Of a stretch of 64,000 bases of DNA, positions 22,831 to 34,126 are shown in pieces. The DNA lies in the NCBI GenBank assembly GCA_963804955.1, contig CAWDSQ010000022.1, positions 1 through 64,000 on the forward strand, given 5' to 3'. The position numbers and the translations under genes are program-made. Under the pieces are notes generated by a model that saw nothing but the letters and a program-made list of their open reading frames with translations, had not been told where the DNA came from and ran no database searches. Position 1 is the stretch's first letter; each line of letters opens with the position of its first letter. Origin of the DNA: an uncultured delta proteobacterium (GTDB taxonomy: Bacteria > Desulfobacterota > WTBG01 > CAIYCZ01 > CAIRTM01).

Positions 22831-23511
22831 TCAGGGTGTTATGCCGTTTACCGGCTGCAGTTCGATATGGAAATCTATCTTAACATAATCTTCAGTGCGG
22901 AATATCAAAAAGGATGGGTTTTTAATGTTGAAGTCCTTGAGTTGCAGTATGGTTGTGCCTTCTGTGATCAGGAGATTCTTCTCGGTGTACACGGTAACGG
23001 GGATGGTAATGGCCCTGGTTGTGCCGTGAATTGTCAGTTCTCCCTCAAGATTAAAGGCAAGGGGCTGTTCTTTTGTGGCCTTGGCTACAGGAGCGGCATT
23101 CTCAAGGCCCGCGCCTGCGGAGGTGGAGCGATACGTGACATCGGGATAGATGCTTATGTCCATAAATTTTTTCTTCATGCGTTCATCCCGCGCTTTGTCT
23201 TTGCTGTCCATGGTATCTGCGGCAAAGGTGAACTGCACGGCGGCGGCAGTCAGGCGGCCATCGGGGCTTATGGCAGCCGAGGCTTTGCCCCGCATTGTTT
23301 TTACATATCCGAGCGTGTCATGAACATTGCCCTTTAAGAAATAGGAGATAAAACTCACATCGGGCTTAAACGTAAAATCCCATTTCCCCGGCGAGGGGAA
23401 TGACTGTTGTGTCGAAGTAACGGCTGCCGGCGGCTCAGACCATGCGTACGAAAAGGAAATAAAAACAATGGCCATGACGGCAGGCACAATTATGCGGGCT
23501 GACTTTTTCAT
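22831..23511 (-). CDS. YceI family exported lipid/polyisoprenoid-binding protein
   Basis: Signal peptide; 'DSKDKARDERM', 'YPDVTY', 'GELTIHGTTR', 'DFNIKNP'. Confidence 0.88.
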   Translation of the reverse strand: MKKSARIIVPAVMAIVFISFSYAWSEPPAAVTSTQQSFPSPGKWDFTFKPDVSFISYFLKGNVHDTLGYVKTMRGKASAAISPDGRLTAAAVQFTFAADTMDSKDKARDERMKKKFMDISIYPDVTYRSTSAGAGLENAAPVAKATKEQPLAFNLEGELTIHGTTRAITIPVTVYTEKNLLITEGTTILQLKDFNIKNPSFLIFRTEDYVKIDFHIELQPVNGITP

Positions 23512-23923
23512 ATGCTGTCTCGAAAGAGAGGTGATTATTGAGGGCCTGTTTTAATTTTTAGAGTATATCATAAAGACGTTATTTAAAAAGAGCCTATTTT
23601 TCTTTACAGCGCGGCCCTGATGCAAGCCGGCAGCCAGGCAGCCAGAATTTTACCGGACGTGAAAATGTTACAGGGCACAGATTGCAGGCATGAGTCGCAC
23701 ATAAAGTAACTTATCGGCAACAGAGCTCTCTATTGTTTCTTGATGGCCGCTGATATTGCCCCCTTTCGAGCCACTACGGCTCTTTTTCAACCTGTTGTGC
23801 CGAAGCCGCAGAGAAACAGGCATGGGAAAAAGATAGCCGATTCAAAATTCTATGATCGCAGTAGACAGAAAGGCTTTGTTGAACTTAAAGATGCTTGACA
23901 CGTCTCGGCAGTAGAAAAAGCGG

Positions 23924-23939
23924 TGCATATTCTGTGCCA
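23924..23939 (-). promoter_or_regulatory. Possible sigma54 promoter upstream of the yceI operon
   Basis: TGGCACAGAATATGCA on the minus strand (GG-N10-GC); about 410 bp from the start codon. Confidence 0.35.
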
Positions 23940-24083
23940 TGATTTGAATAATGCCGGATTTTCTGTTACTATATTTTTATGTATATCAAAAAAGCGAAAG
24001 CGTGGTAAAATTTACTATTTATAGATACCGACCGGTAGGTATTTTAGCATGGTATTATAATTTTTTTTGCAGGGAGGCCTCAT

Positions 24084-25398
24084 ATGAAAAACAAACAGGT
24101 CAGATCATGGTGGCTTATTTGTCTGTGTCTGACCGCTGTGGTCTTTATGGGCATGGACTGCCAGAGAAAGCAGGTGATTACTGTCATCGGCGGCTATGGC
24201 TGGATGGCCAAATTTATGGATCAGAAGGGCTATGTGGCAACCGACGGCGTGTATAACGTCAACACGCAGTATAATTTCGAGAATACGGTAATCAATCAGG
24301 ATGCGGCATGGGTGCCCTATGAGGCGGACAATCACGGATCCCAAGCCGTTTGACTGCGGCGTCTGCCATACCACCGGCTACACGGCTGAAGGCCAGCCCG
24401 CTGCAGAAGGCTATGCCGGCTCGGATACCTGCAAGTCATGCCATAGCGGATGCATCTGCAATTCTTCATCGTTTGCCGAAACAGGCCATCAGCATGCGCT
24501 GACGGCGGTTGATGACAGAAGCCCCTGAGATGCCTTTTACGGACATTCCCGGAGCGCCGGAGAAATTCAAATTCGGCACCACGACCAAATATGAGTTTGC
24601 AGCTCTGCCGGGCATTGACGGGCAGTGGGTAGAGCCCAATATCGGCTGCGAAGCATGCCACGGGCCGTCAAAAGACCATGCCAATGCTTCAAGCGATCTG
24701 GCAAAAAGGCCTGACCTTGATGTTGCGCGGCAGGCCTGCAGCACATGCCATGTGTCGGGAACAATCGAGAACGGTATGGTTACAGCCGACAATGTCATCG
24801 AAACCGACGGCAATTTTATAAAGCTGGGCCAGGAATGGGAGGAGTGGCAAGCAAGCCCGCACAGCAGGCCTGATAATGCCACGGACAATGTCACGTATCC
24901 CGGACTGCGCCACCTGCCATAACCCCCATGCCTCAACAATTTATGACGATACGGCAGGCAGGCGACGGCAGAAAAGTTTATACGGATGAAGACTGCCTTG
25001 CCTGCCATGCCGGCAAAACCGTCGGAAATCAGCCGAAATGGCAGACGCAGGCGTCATGTGCATCGACTGCCATATGCCCTATGCCGGTAAAGCGGCTTTC
25101 GGCTATCCGATTATCGGCGCTGAGGGCAACTATGCCTATGCGGGCGACATTCGGTCGCATCAGTTCAAGCTGAGAATCGACGGAAAGAAAAATGACTTTA
25201 TCGACATACAACACGAAAAATGTGATTCTTGACGCCAAGGGGAAGACGCAAGGCATAACGCTTGATCTGGTCTGCCAGCCCTGCCACAGCGCCAACGGCC
25301 TGCAGCCGCACGATCTGCCTGCGGCACCAGGCTATAGCAATTTCCATGCTGCAGGACAATGCCACACAGGTGCATACGGACATGTGAAACTAGTTTAA
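24084..25398 (+). CDS. Multiheme c-type cytochrome (about 8 CxxCH), probable lipoprotein, frameshifted
   Basis: CGVCH, CKSCH, CEACH, CSTCH, CATCH, CLACH, CIDCH, CQPCH in successive frames; N-terminal hydrophobic segment ending 'MGMDC'. Confidence 0.85.
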
Positions 25399-25449
25399 CA
25401 GCAGATTGAAAAGCATTACTGTAACAACAATATTAGAAGGAGTCATTTC

Positions 25450-26472
25450 ATGGAACAAAGCACTTGAAAAAAAAGAAAAACCTCATGGCCTTGCACGCCG
25501 CTCTTTCATGAAGACTAGGCGGGCGTTTCGCTCTGTCGCTTTTTACCCTGAACGGCGCTGAAAAAGGCCCTTGGCGCGGAGGAGGACTTCTCTGAACGGG
25601 GGGTCACCGGCAATATCAGCACGGTACTGGGAAGCCGACGGCCTCACCCCGAAGCAAAGAACCGTTAAAGTTGATAATCTGAGCAATGATATCATTACCG
25701 CCAGGGTTGAAGGGGTATGGCGGAAACTCAAGATAAAGGAGCTTGATCAGGGGTTCCGCGATTTTCAAAGCAATTCCCTGGTGGCCATCTATGATTATAT
25801 TATGGAGACAGGCAAAACCTTTTTTCGGCGGCGTCTACTGCCCGGCCATTATATCCGATGGCGGCATAAAAAGAGGGGACAGCCAGTTCAAGCTCAACGG
25901 CGCATACAAATTCGTCTTCCCCTGCCCGAAAGAGGAGTTTATCGATGAGATTACCAACGGGCTCATGGATCGCCTTGATGATGCTGACGAACGCCGCACG
26001 TGGATGAAGGCTCAACTGGGCCGATCAGAGCCTGTGGAACTATAAGATACAGGTCGGCCGCGATGAAACCGTCATGGGGCCGAACGATAATATTAAGCGC
26101 AGAGATAATCCAGAGAACCGGGAAACGCACACGTTCCGCAACCTCATGGAAAACCCTCTGGCAGTGGTGTTGTACCTGTCGAGCAGCAATTTTATCAGCT
26201 ACGAAGTGAGAACAATCTGCCATTATGCCGCGCCGCCTGCGGACTTTACCACGGTGCCTGCAACCTATGAAGAGAAGATATCACGGTTTATAAATGTGCT
26301 GGGCTATACCTCGCACCAGGTTGACCATAAATTTCCGGCCATGATCTTTTATGTGGTCGAAGCTTTCGACAACAGCATGATGGTCGGCTTCGGCGAAGGC
26401 ACGCGGGTAGTCAGGATCAAGGAGAATATTAAAAATATGTATGCAAAAGCCAAAGATCGGCTGATTGGCTGA
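25450..26472 (+). CDS. Tat-exported hypothetical protein, split-barrel-like; paralogue of 56201-57241; frameshifted
   Basis: RBS AGAAGGAG, 'ARRSFMK' twin-arginine motif, 'RGDSQFKLNGAYK', 'ETHTFRNLMENPLAVVLYL', 'SYEVR'. Confidence 0.65.
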
Positions 26473-26500
26473 TTTCCATCGCACAGCAGCATATGACAGG

Positions 26501-26533
26501 CGCCCCGGCCATGCACGGCCGGGGCGTTTTTTT
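26501..26533 (+). terminator. Intrinsic terminator
   Basis: CGCCCCGGCC-loop-GGCCGGGGCG + T7. Confidence 0.85.
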
Positions 26534-26627
26534 AATGCAGGAGGGTAGTGCTGTCCGGATTTTCATATGCTATGCTTATCTATACAGGCAGCAGCGCATG
26601 TTTCTTGTAAAGGCAGGTGCATGTACT

Positions 26628-27374
26628 ATGATGAGCCTTTTTGGCTGGAGGGCATTGATGTATATGGGCATTTGTTTTTTTGCCATGACGCAGGCAAACG
26701 CCGGCGCCGGTGAGCCTGCAGGACCAGACAGATATGCTGCAGCCCGGCAGCATATGGTTGAGCAGGATCTGCAAGACCGGGATATTCGCGATCCTGCCGT
26801 GCTTGCAGCCATGGCAAAAGTGCCCCGGCATCTGTTTGTTGACGGGCGCCATCAGGCAGAAGCCTATGCCGACCACCCGCTGCCGATCGGCGAGAACCAG
26901 ACCATTTCACAGCCCTATATTGTTGCCCTTATGACACAAAGCCTGAAGCTGGGACGCCATGACCGCGTGCTTGAAATAGGCACCGGCTCGGGCTATCAGG
27001 CCGCAGTGCTGGCAGAAGTGGCCGGTCAGGTGTTTACCATCGAGCTGCATAAGAGTCTTGCCGGGCGGGCTGAAAAGCTGCTGCGCATATTGGGCTACGA
27101 TACGGTGAGCGTCAGGTGCGGCGATGGTTTTTTCGGCTGGCCCGAGCAGGCCCCTTTTGACGCCATCATGCTCACCTGTGCCCCCGGGCAGGTGCCCCAG
27201 CCGCTCATTGATCAGCTCCGCGAGGGCGGCCGGATCATTGCGCCGGTGGGCGGGGTGTTCCAGGTTCAGGCCCTGATGCTGGGGACAAAAAAACAGGGCC
27301 GGCTGAATCTGCAAAATATCGCTCCCGTGCGCTTTGTTCCCATGCGCGGCCAGGCTGAAAAAAGCACACCATAA
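26628..27374 (+). CDS. pcm: Protein-L-isoaspartate O-methyltransferase (start uncertain)
   Basis: 'VPRHLFV', 'QTISQPYIVA', 'VLEIGTGSGYQAA', 'VRFVPM'. Confidence 0.95.
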   Translation: MMSLFGWRALMYMGICFFAMTQANAGAGEPAGPDRYAAARQHMVEQDLQDRDIRDPAVLAAMAKVPRHLFVDGRHQAEAYADHPLPIGENQTISQPYIVALMTQSLKLGRHDRVLEIGTGSGYQAAVLAEVAGQVFTIELHKSLAGRAEKLLRILGYDTVSVRCGDGFFGWPEQAPFDAIMLTCAPGQVPQPLIDQLREGGRIIAPVGGVFQVQALMLGTKKQGRLNLQNIAPVRFVPMRGQAEKSTP

Positions 27375-27532
27375 GAGCAGCCAGACCGTTTTGGGCCTTC
27401 CACATTCTGCCGCTGCTTTCATTCCCAAGCCCCCTTTTTGCCAAAAACAGTGCCGCCAACAGCTTAGAGTACTGCCTGATAATGAAGCTGCTGCCTGGAA
27501 TCTGAATAACGCTAAAAGTTTAAAAAGGACAA

Positions 27533-27561
27533 TTGACGCACTTTCATTAACCTGCTATGAT
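27533..27561 (+). promoter_or_regulatory. Sigma70-like promoter of the T2SS operon
   Basis: TTGACG-N17-TATGAT. Confidence 0.55.
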
Positions 27562-27607
27562 AAGGTAAAAATGCAAGGAAAATCAATCATTAAAAAGTTC
27601 TAATCTT

Positions 27608-29314
27608 ATGCAGCACGCACATTCCACCACATTGCCTGAGGTGCTCATCGCCTCAGGAAAAGTAACAGAAGACATCCTCAAAACGGTCATGCATGAAGAA
27701 GGCCTGCCACCCTATAAGGCCTGCCAGCGCCTGATCGACATGGGCTTTATTGCCGAGGAGGAGCTGCTGAAAATTTTCAGCCTGTATTTCAAGTATCCGT
27801 ATGTGTCGCTGAAAAATTTTCAGCCCAAGGATATCTTCATAGAGGGTGTGTCGGAAAACTTCATGCGCGAGTCCAAATGCGTACCCATTGAAATGAACGA
27901 TTCCTGCATGAAGCTCGCCATCAATAATCCTTTTGACGGGACCGCCCTTGATGCCGTTAGAATGGTCACCGGGCACGACATTGATGTGTGCCTTGCCAAG
28001 GACGCTGAAATATCTGATGCCATAGAAAAAATTTTCAGCACCGGCGCATCGGCCATGGACCGCCTGATTGAAAGCACCGGCGGCAGTGAGGGAGACGGGT
28101 TTTCCATGGATGACGATGGCGACGTGGCCCATCTGAAGGATCTTGCCTCCGAAGCGCCGGTCATACGGCTTGTGAACATGCTTATTTCGCGTGCCATAGA
28201 GCTCAAGGCCAGCGATATCCACTTTGAGCCCTTTGAAAAAAGCTTTCATGTGCGCTACCGCATCGACGGCGTGCTGCACGATATGGAATCGCCTCCCAAG
28301 AACCTTCAGGCCGCAGTCATTTCACGCATCAAGATCATGTCAAAGCTCAATATCGCCGAGCGCCGGCTGCCGCAGGACGGCCGCATCAAGCTGCGGGTCA
28401 TGGGCAAGGAGATCGATTTCCGCGTTTCTACGCTCCCGACTCTGTACGGCGAGAGCGTGGTCATGCGTATTCTTGACAGCGAGAGCATTGTTTTCGACCT
28501 TGACCTGCTGGGTTTCCCCACCCATGAGCTTCAGCACTTCGAAGACCTGATCAAAAGGCCGTACGGCATCATTCTGGTTACGGGCCCCACCGGCTCGGGC
28601 AAGACCACCACGCTCTACAGCGCCCTGAGCAAGATCAACAATAATGCAAACAAGATCATCACGGTCGAGGACCCGGTCGAGTACCAGCTGAGCGGCGTCA
28701 ACCAGATTCATGTCAAGCCCTCTATCGGCCTTACTTTTGCAAGCTGCCTGCGCTCGATCCTGCGGCAGGACCCCGATATCATCATGATCGGCGAAATCCG
28801 CGATGCCGAAACTGCCGAAATCGCCATTCATTCGGCCCTTACCGGCCATCTGGTGTTTTCGACCCTGCACACCAATGACTCCGCCGGCGCCGTGACGCGT
28901 CTGCTTGAAATGGGCATGGAGAACTACCTTGTATCCTCAAGTCTGCTGGGTATTATGGCCCAGCGGCTGGTCCGCGTCATCTGCACCAACTGCAAGGAAG
29001 AGTATCCTGCAACAGAAGAAATGCTGCGCGAGATGGGCCGGGACCCGGCAGGCGCCGGCAGCATTATGCTGGCCCGCGGCAGAGGCTGCGAGCACTGCGC
29101 CAATACGGGCTACCGCGGCAGGTCGGGCATCTATGAACTGCTGCTCATGCATGATGATGTGCGCAAGCTCATCCTTGCGCAGTCCGACAGCAAAGCCATC
29201 AAGGACCGGGCCCGCGAACTCGGCATGCAGACGCTGCGCGAAGCCGGCTGGGACAAGGTGATTGCTCAGGAGACCACGGTTGCTGAAGTCATCCGCGTGA
29301 CGCAGGTGGAATAG
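27608..29314 (+). CDS. gspE: Type II secretion ATPase GspE
   Basis: 'ASDIHFEP', 'ERRLPQDGR', 'GPTGSGKTTT', 'LRQDPDIIMIGEIRD', tetracysteine motif. Confidence 0.95.
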   Translation: MQHAHSTTLPEVLIASGKVTEDILKTVMHEEGLPPYKACQRLIDMGFIAEEELLKIFSLYFKYPYVSLKNFQPKDIFIEGVSENFMRESKCVPIEMNDSCMKLAINNPFDGTALDAVRMVTGHDIDVCLAKDAEISDAIEKIFSTGASAMDRLIESTGGSEGDGFSMDDDGDVAHLKDLASEAPVIRLVNMLISRAIELKASDIHFEPFEKSFHVRYRIDGVLHDMESPPKNLQAAVISRIKIMSKLNIAERRLPQDGRIKLRVMGKEIDFRVSTLPTLYGESVVMRILDSESIVFDLDLLGFPTHELQHFEDLIKRPYGIILVTGPTGSGKTTTLYSALSKINNNANKIITVEDPVEYQLSGVNQIHVKPSIGLTFASCLRSILRQDPDIIMIGEIRDAETAEIAIHSALTGHLVFSTLHTNDSAGAVTRLLEMGMENYLVSSSLLGIMAQRLVRVICTNCKEEYPATEEMLREMGRDPAGAGSIMLARGRGCEHCANTGYRGRSGIYELLLMHDDVRKLILAQSDSKAIKDRARELGMQTLREAGWDKVIAQETTVAEVIRVTQVE

Positions 29315-29322
29315 AGCAGTTT

Positions 29323-29435
29323 TGTTGGTTGTATTTGGTTTTATTAGTTCAATTGGTTTTTAACGAACTGAACCAATTAAACACAATTAAACCAATTGAA
29401 CCAATTAAACCAATCGAACCAATCGAACCAATCAA
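29323..29435. repeat. Nonamer tandem repeats (AACCAATYR) with an inverted copy upstream
   Basis: aaccaatta/aaccaattg/aaccaatcg about 7 times, preceded by TTGGTT-rich complementary arm. Confidence 0.75.
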
Positions 29436-29443
29436 CAGAGTCT

Positions 29444-30692
29444 ATGTCTGAATATATCTATAAAGCAACCGACCGCGCCGGCAAGGTGATGGAAGGCAGT
29501 TTTGATGCTCCGGATGAAGCTGCGGTGGTGAGCCGGCTGCGCGGCATGGGCTGTATCCCCATCCGCATCGAGCAGGCCGCAGCGGGCGCCAAGCCGCGAT
29601 CCCGCAAGATTTCGATCAATATAGATTTCAAAACCAGGGTTGTCATTAAAGTTCAAGCGGGTATCAGGCGCGGAGCTGCTTTCCTTTACGCAGGAGCTTG
29701 CGACTTTGATCCGGGCGGGCCTGCCGCTTGACCGCAGCCTCTCCGTGGTGACGGAGATAACGGAAAATGCAATGCTCAAGGACATCACCGAAGAAGTTCT
29801 GCGTGATGTCCGCGGCGGCAAAGCGTTTTCCGAAGCGCTGGCCAAGCACCCGGCAGTCTTCAACCGCCTCTATGTCAACATGATCAAGGCGGGGGAGGTG
29901 GGCGGCATTCTGGATGTGGTTCTTGACCGGCTGGTGGATTTTCTCGAGCGGTCGCAGGAGCTGAAGCGCACCGTCGTCGGCGCCATGATCTATCCGCTGG
30001 TGCTGATCTTCGTCATGGGCATCGTCATGGCCGTGCTGCTCATTTTTGTCGTGCCGCGGTTTGTCGGTATTTTTGAAATGATGCATCAGGAGCTGCCGCT
30101 TCCGACACAGGTGCTTCTGGGAATCAGCACGATCGCACAGCGTTTCTGGTGGCTGATTATCGGCGGCGGCATCGGCCTGTATGTCTGGTTTCAAAAGTAC
30201 ACCGCCTCGGAAAAGGGCAAGCTGGTCTGGGACACATTCATGCTCAAGCTGCCCCTGCTTAATGCGCTGATTTTGAAAATAGAAGTGGCGCGCCTCAGCC
30301 GCACGCTGGGCACGCTCATTACCAGCGGCGTGCCGCTTCTGCAGGCCCTGGGCATCGTGCGGGAAATTATCGGCAACCTGATCATTGCAAATTCCATAAA
30401 CACCATTCAAAAAGCCGTGAAGGAAGGCAAGGGCGTATCGCTGCCCATGCGCAGCCTGGGTATTTTCCCCTCCCTTGCCGTGCATATGATCCGCGTGGGC
30501 GAAGAAACAGGCAGAATGGAGGAGATGCTTATCCGCGTGGCCGACACCTATGACCGGGACGTGCAGGTGACGGTGAAACGGCTGCTCGGGCTGCTTGAGC
30601 CGCTGCTCATTCTGGTTATGGCGCTGCTGGTCGGCTTTATCGTTATCTCCATTGTTCTTGCGCTGTTCAGCATCAATGACGTTTCGTTTTAA
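29444..30692 (+). CDS. gspF: Type II secretion platform protein GspF, frameshifted
   Basis: 'FTQELATLIRAGLPL', 'AGEVGG', 'AMIYP', 'GEETG', 'LLEP'. Confidence 0.93.
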
Positions 30693-30702
30693 GGAGGATA
30701 CA

Positions 30703-31153
30703 ATGCAAATGAAGAATGAAAGAAAAGTGCTGTGTCAGCAGGGTTTTACCCTTGTTGAAATCATGATCGTTGTCGTTATTCTGGGTCTGCTCGTGGGGCT
30801 GGTCGGCCCCCGGGTGTTCGAGCGGTTTAAAAAGGCAGAACGCAATACGGCCAAGGCTCAGATCGAGATGCTCGCCACGACCGTCGATACCTTCCGGCTG
30901 GATATGCGCCGCTATCCTAAGGAGCTGGAGGAGCTGATGATAAAGCCTTCCGACGATAAAAACTGGGAAGGGCCGTATCTGAAAAAGGACCTGCCGACCG
31001 ACCCCTGGGATCATCCCTATATGTATAAGTGCCCGGGCGATGAAGGCAGGGATTATGACATCATCTCCCTACGGCGCTGATGGTCAGCCTGGAGGCGACG
31101 GAGAAAATGCCGATATCAATAATTGGGAAAGCCTCAAAAAAAGCAAGGAATAA
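30703..31153 (+). CDS. gspG: Major pseudopilin GspG, frameshifted near the 3' end
   Basis: 'GFTLVEIMIVVVILGLL', 'WEGPYL', 'DPWDHPY', 'YGADGQPGG'. Confidence 0.93.
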
Positions 31154-31736
31154 AAGCTGCCGGTTTCGCATGCCCGGTGGTTTTTCGCTTGTCGAGCTCA
31201 TGATCGTGCTGGCCATCATGGCCCTGGTGTTCGGCATGGCAGCGCCCCGCATAGCAAAAGAGATGGGTGTGCTGCATCTGCGCACAACGGCCAAACAGGT
31301 TGCCGCATCGCTTCGCTGGGCGCGAAGCCAGGCGCTCAGCACCGGCAAAACCTATAATGCAATATTTGACGGCAGCGGTCAGCGCGTCATTATTTCCGAT
31401 TATGCGGGATCGCTCGATGCCGCCGGCACGAAGCTTGCGGGATCCGCAGCTGAGGTGGCCGGCCGGGAAGAGGCGGAAAACATTGATGAAGCCATACCGA
31501 AGCAGGTGCTGAAGATATTTGAGCTGCCCGAGGATATTTTTATAAGCCGCATCGAGATAGCCGACGTGCTGGACGCAAACCCGGGAGAGCAGAGTATCTA
31601 CCAGCTGACATTTTTCCCTGATGGCACATCCATGGGGGGAGAAATAACCATTGCCGACGAACAAAAACGCTCATTTATCATTGGCGTTGATTTCCTCACA
31701 GGAATTGTCTCCCTTGAAGAGCCCGACACCATCTGA
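31107..31736 (+). CDS. gspH: Minor pseudopilin GspH/FimT
   Basis: 'GFSLVELMIVLAIM', 'ARSQA', 'FFPDGTSMGG'. Confidence 0.85.
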   Translation: MPISIIGKASKKARNKSCRFRMPGGFSLVELMIVLAIMALVFGMAAPRIAKEMGVLHLRTTAKQVAASLRWARSQALSTGKTYNAIFDGSGQRVIISDYAGSLDAAGTKLAGSAAEVAGREEAENIDEAIPKQVLKIFELPEDIFISRIEIADVLDANPGEQSIYQLTFFPDGTSMGGEITIADEQKRSFIIGVDFLTGIVSLEEPDTI

Positions 31737-32161
31737 CCTCCCGCTGCGGCCGCGGCTTTCCCGGCAGGGATTCACCCTGCTTGAAGTGCTGGTTGCCGTC
31801 ATGATTCTGGCCATTGCCGTTACCGCCATCCTTTCCCAGTTTTCTGCAGGCATGGAGGCGGGCGGCAAATCGCGCGACATCACCAGGGCTGTCCTGCTTG
31901 CCAAGGAAAAGCTGGAGGAGCTCAAAGCTTTTGTCGAGCAGCGGCGAGGAGGGGAAGTCCGGCACCTCCGACGACGGCTATGCCTGGCAAACCCGCGTGA
32001 GCCTGTATGAACTGCCGGAGAAAGAGGCGGGAGAAAACGAAAACGAGCTCTCTTTCGAGCTTTTGAAACTGACGGTCATCGTGCGCTGGAACACGGGGGT
32101 GCAGGAGCGGCAGATGGAGCTCTCCACCCTCAAAGCAGTCAAGAAAGAGGATCGGGAATGA
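31714..32161 (+). CDS. gspI: Minor pseudopilin GspI, frameshifted
   Basis: 'QGFTLLEVLVAVMILAIA'; position in the cluster. Confidence 0.82.
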
Positions 32162-32836
32162 TGCGGCCGGGCGCGGGGCATGCAGGTGTGGAAAGAGGCC
32201 GGGGCTTTACGCTTCTTGAGCTGCTGCTGGCCATCAGCATTTTTGCCGTCGTCGTTGCCGTGCTGTTTTCATCCTTCTGGGTCGGCATCGGCGCCTGGGA
32301 GAAAGGTGAAGCGGGCATTGAGTTCCAGCAGCGCATGCGCGCGGTGTCGGAGCTGATGTTCCGTGAAATTTCGTCGACCTATCCCTATTTTTTGACGCCG
32401 AGCCAGCTCGACAAGCATACAAGCTATGTCGCTTTTTTCGGTGAGCCCGATTCCCTCCGGTTTGTTTCCTACGCCAATTTACATAAACGGGCCAGCGGGC
32501 TGTGCATGCTTGAATTCTGGGTGTCTGAGCGCAGCGGGCTGCTGCTTGGCGAGGCCGCAGCTCTTGCCGCCAATAAGGAGGATTTCGACGCAGTGCCGCT
32601 GCGCAGCCCGGAATACGCGCCTTGAAATCTGCCGGGACGTGCAGGGGCTCCAGTTCCGGTACTTCGACCAGAAGAACGACGACGAGCCTGGCGAGTGGCT
32701 TGAGCGCTGGGATCCTGTCGAGATGCAGGGCATGATGCCAAAAATTATAGAGGTGACCCTGACATTTCTCGACCAGCGGGGCGAAGAGACAACGCAGCAG
32801 TTAATTATTCCGATTATGAGCAGTCTGCAAAAATAA
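32158..32836 (+). CDS. gspJ: Minor pseudopilin GspJ, frameshifted
   Basis: 'GFTLLELLLAISIFAVV'; C-terminal 'W...MPKIIEVTL'. Confidence 0.82.
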
Positions 32837-32862
32837 CCAGGCGTTTTTTAGTTTATTAACAC

Positions 32863-34057
32863 ATGAAAAGCCTTTTGTCCTCTCTATCATAATGAACGCG
32901 GCATTGCGCTGCTGCTGGTGCTGTGGGTCGTAACGCTGCTGGCGCTGATATGCGCAGAGTTTTCGGCCTCCATGCGCATCGAGACGGCTGTGGCGCGCAA
33001 TTTCAGGGACAGCGAGCAGGCCTATTATGCCGCCGAGGCAGGCATCAACCGGGCTATCATCGAAATTATGCGAACGGCGCGCTCGCCCTCGTCGCGCACG
33101 ACAACCTCTGACGATATCACCAATCTCGATAATCAGGATGCTGACGAGCAGGCCGATATTGAATACTGGACGGCGGGAGGCTCCTATGACATCAAAATTG
33201 ACGACATGCCCTGTCAGGTGGAGATTGTGGATGAAGGCAACAAGGTCGATATCAATGAATTTCTCAAGGATGCTAAAAAAAATCATGAGCTGCTGAAGCA
33301 GGTGCTGCGCAGGAAAATCGGCCTGGAGGGCGAAGACGTCGATATCGTCGCCGACAGCCTTATCGACTGGCGGGATGCTGATAATAACATAACCGGCGTC
33401 AATGGCGCAGAGGATGATTATTACAAGGAGCTCGACCCGCCCCGCTCTGTGCCGCAATGGCGACATCCCGGTCATCGAGGAGCTGCTGCTGGTGCGCGGC
33501 GTCGATGAACAGATCCTGTTTCGGCAGACGAGGCAGGCGCGAACAGAAAATAGAGCTTTCAACGGAGGATCTGGATGATATTCTCAGCGGCAGGGTGGCG
33601 CCGGAGGATGAGGATGTGGTTATTCCTGCCGAGGATGATGATGAGGCCGGCAAGCAGTATCTGGGCCTTATAGATATTTTCAGCGCGCCGCCTTCAGGTT
33701 TCGGCACAGGGGCAAAGGTAAATGCACAGGGCGATATCACGCTTAATATAAATACGGCAACAGCAGATCAACTGCTGCTGCTCAATGGCATGACGCCCGT
33801 GACCGCCGCCGATATCGTCTATGAGCGCAGGAAGCGGCTTTTTGCAGGCAAAGAGGACCGGCTGCCGTCCTTTAACAATTATTTCCGCTGGAAAGACAGC
33901 ATTACGGTAGGGTCGGGAGGCCGGTCCATGCGGGAACATGCTGCGCATTAATGCAGCCGGCTGCACGCCCGACGGACTTGTCTGCCGGCGCATCACCTGC
34001 ACGGTTCTGTTCAGCAGCACAAGGTACTTCATTCTCAGCTGGCGGGAAATAAACTGA
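32863..34057 (+). CDS. gspK: Minor pseudopilin GspK, frameshifted
   Basis: 'RGIALLLVLWVVTLL', 'DEGNKVDIN', 'SLIDWRDAD', 'GAEDDYY', 'ININTA'-like motif. Confidence 0.85.
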
Positions 34058-34126
34058 ATTTAATATTTGCCATTGACAGCCTTTGCGGGTACAATTGATT
34101 ATTTTTTAATGAAACAATAATACATT

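Noticed and set aside
29323..29435. CRISPR array
   Set aside because: Units are 9-nt tandem repeats without unique spacers, and no cas genes are in the window
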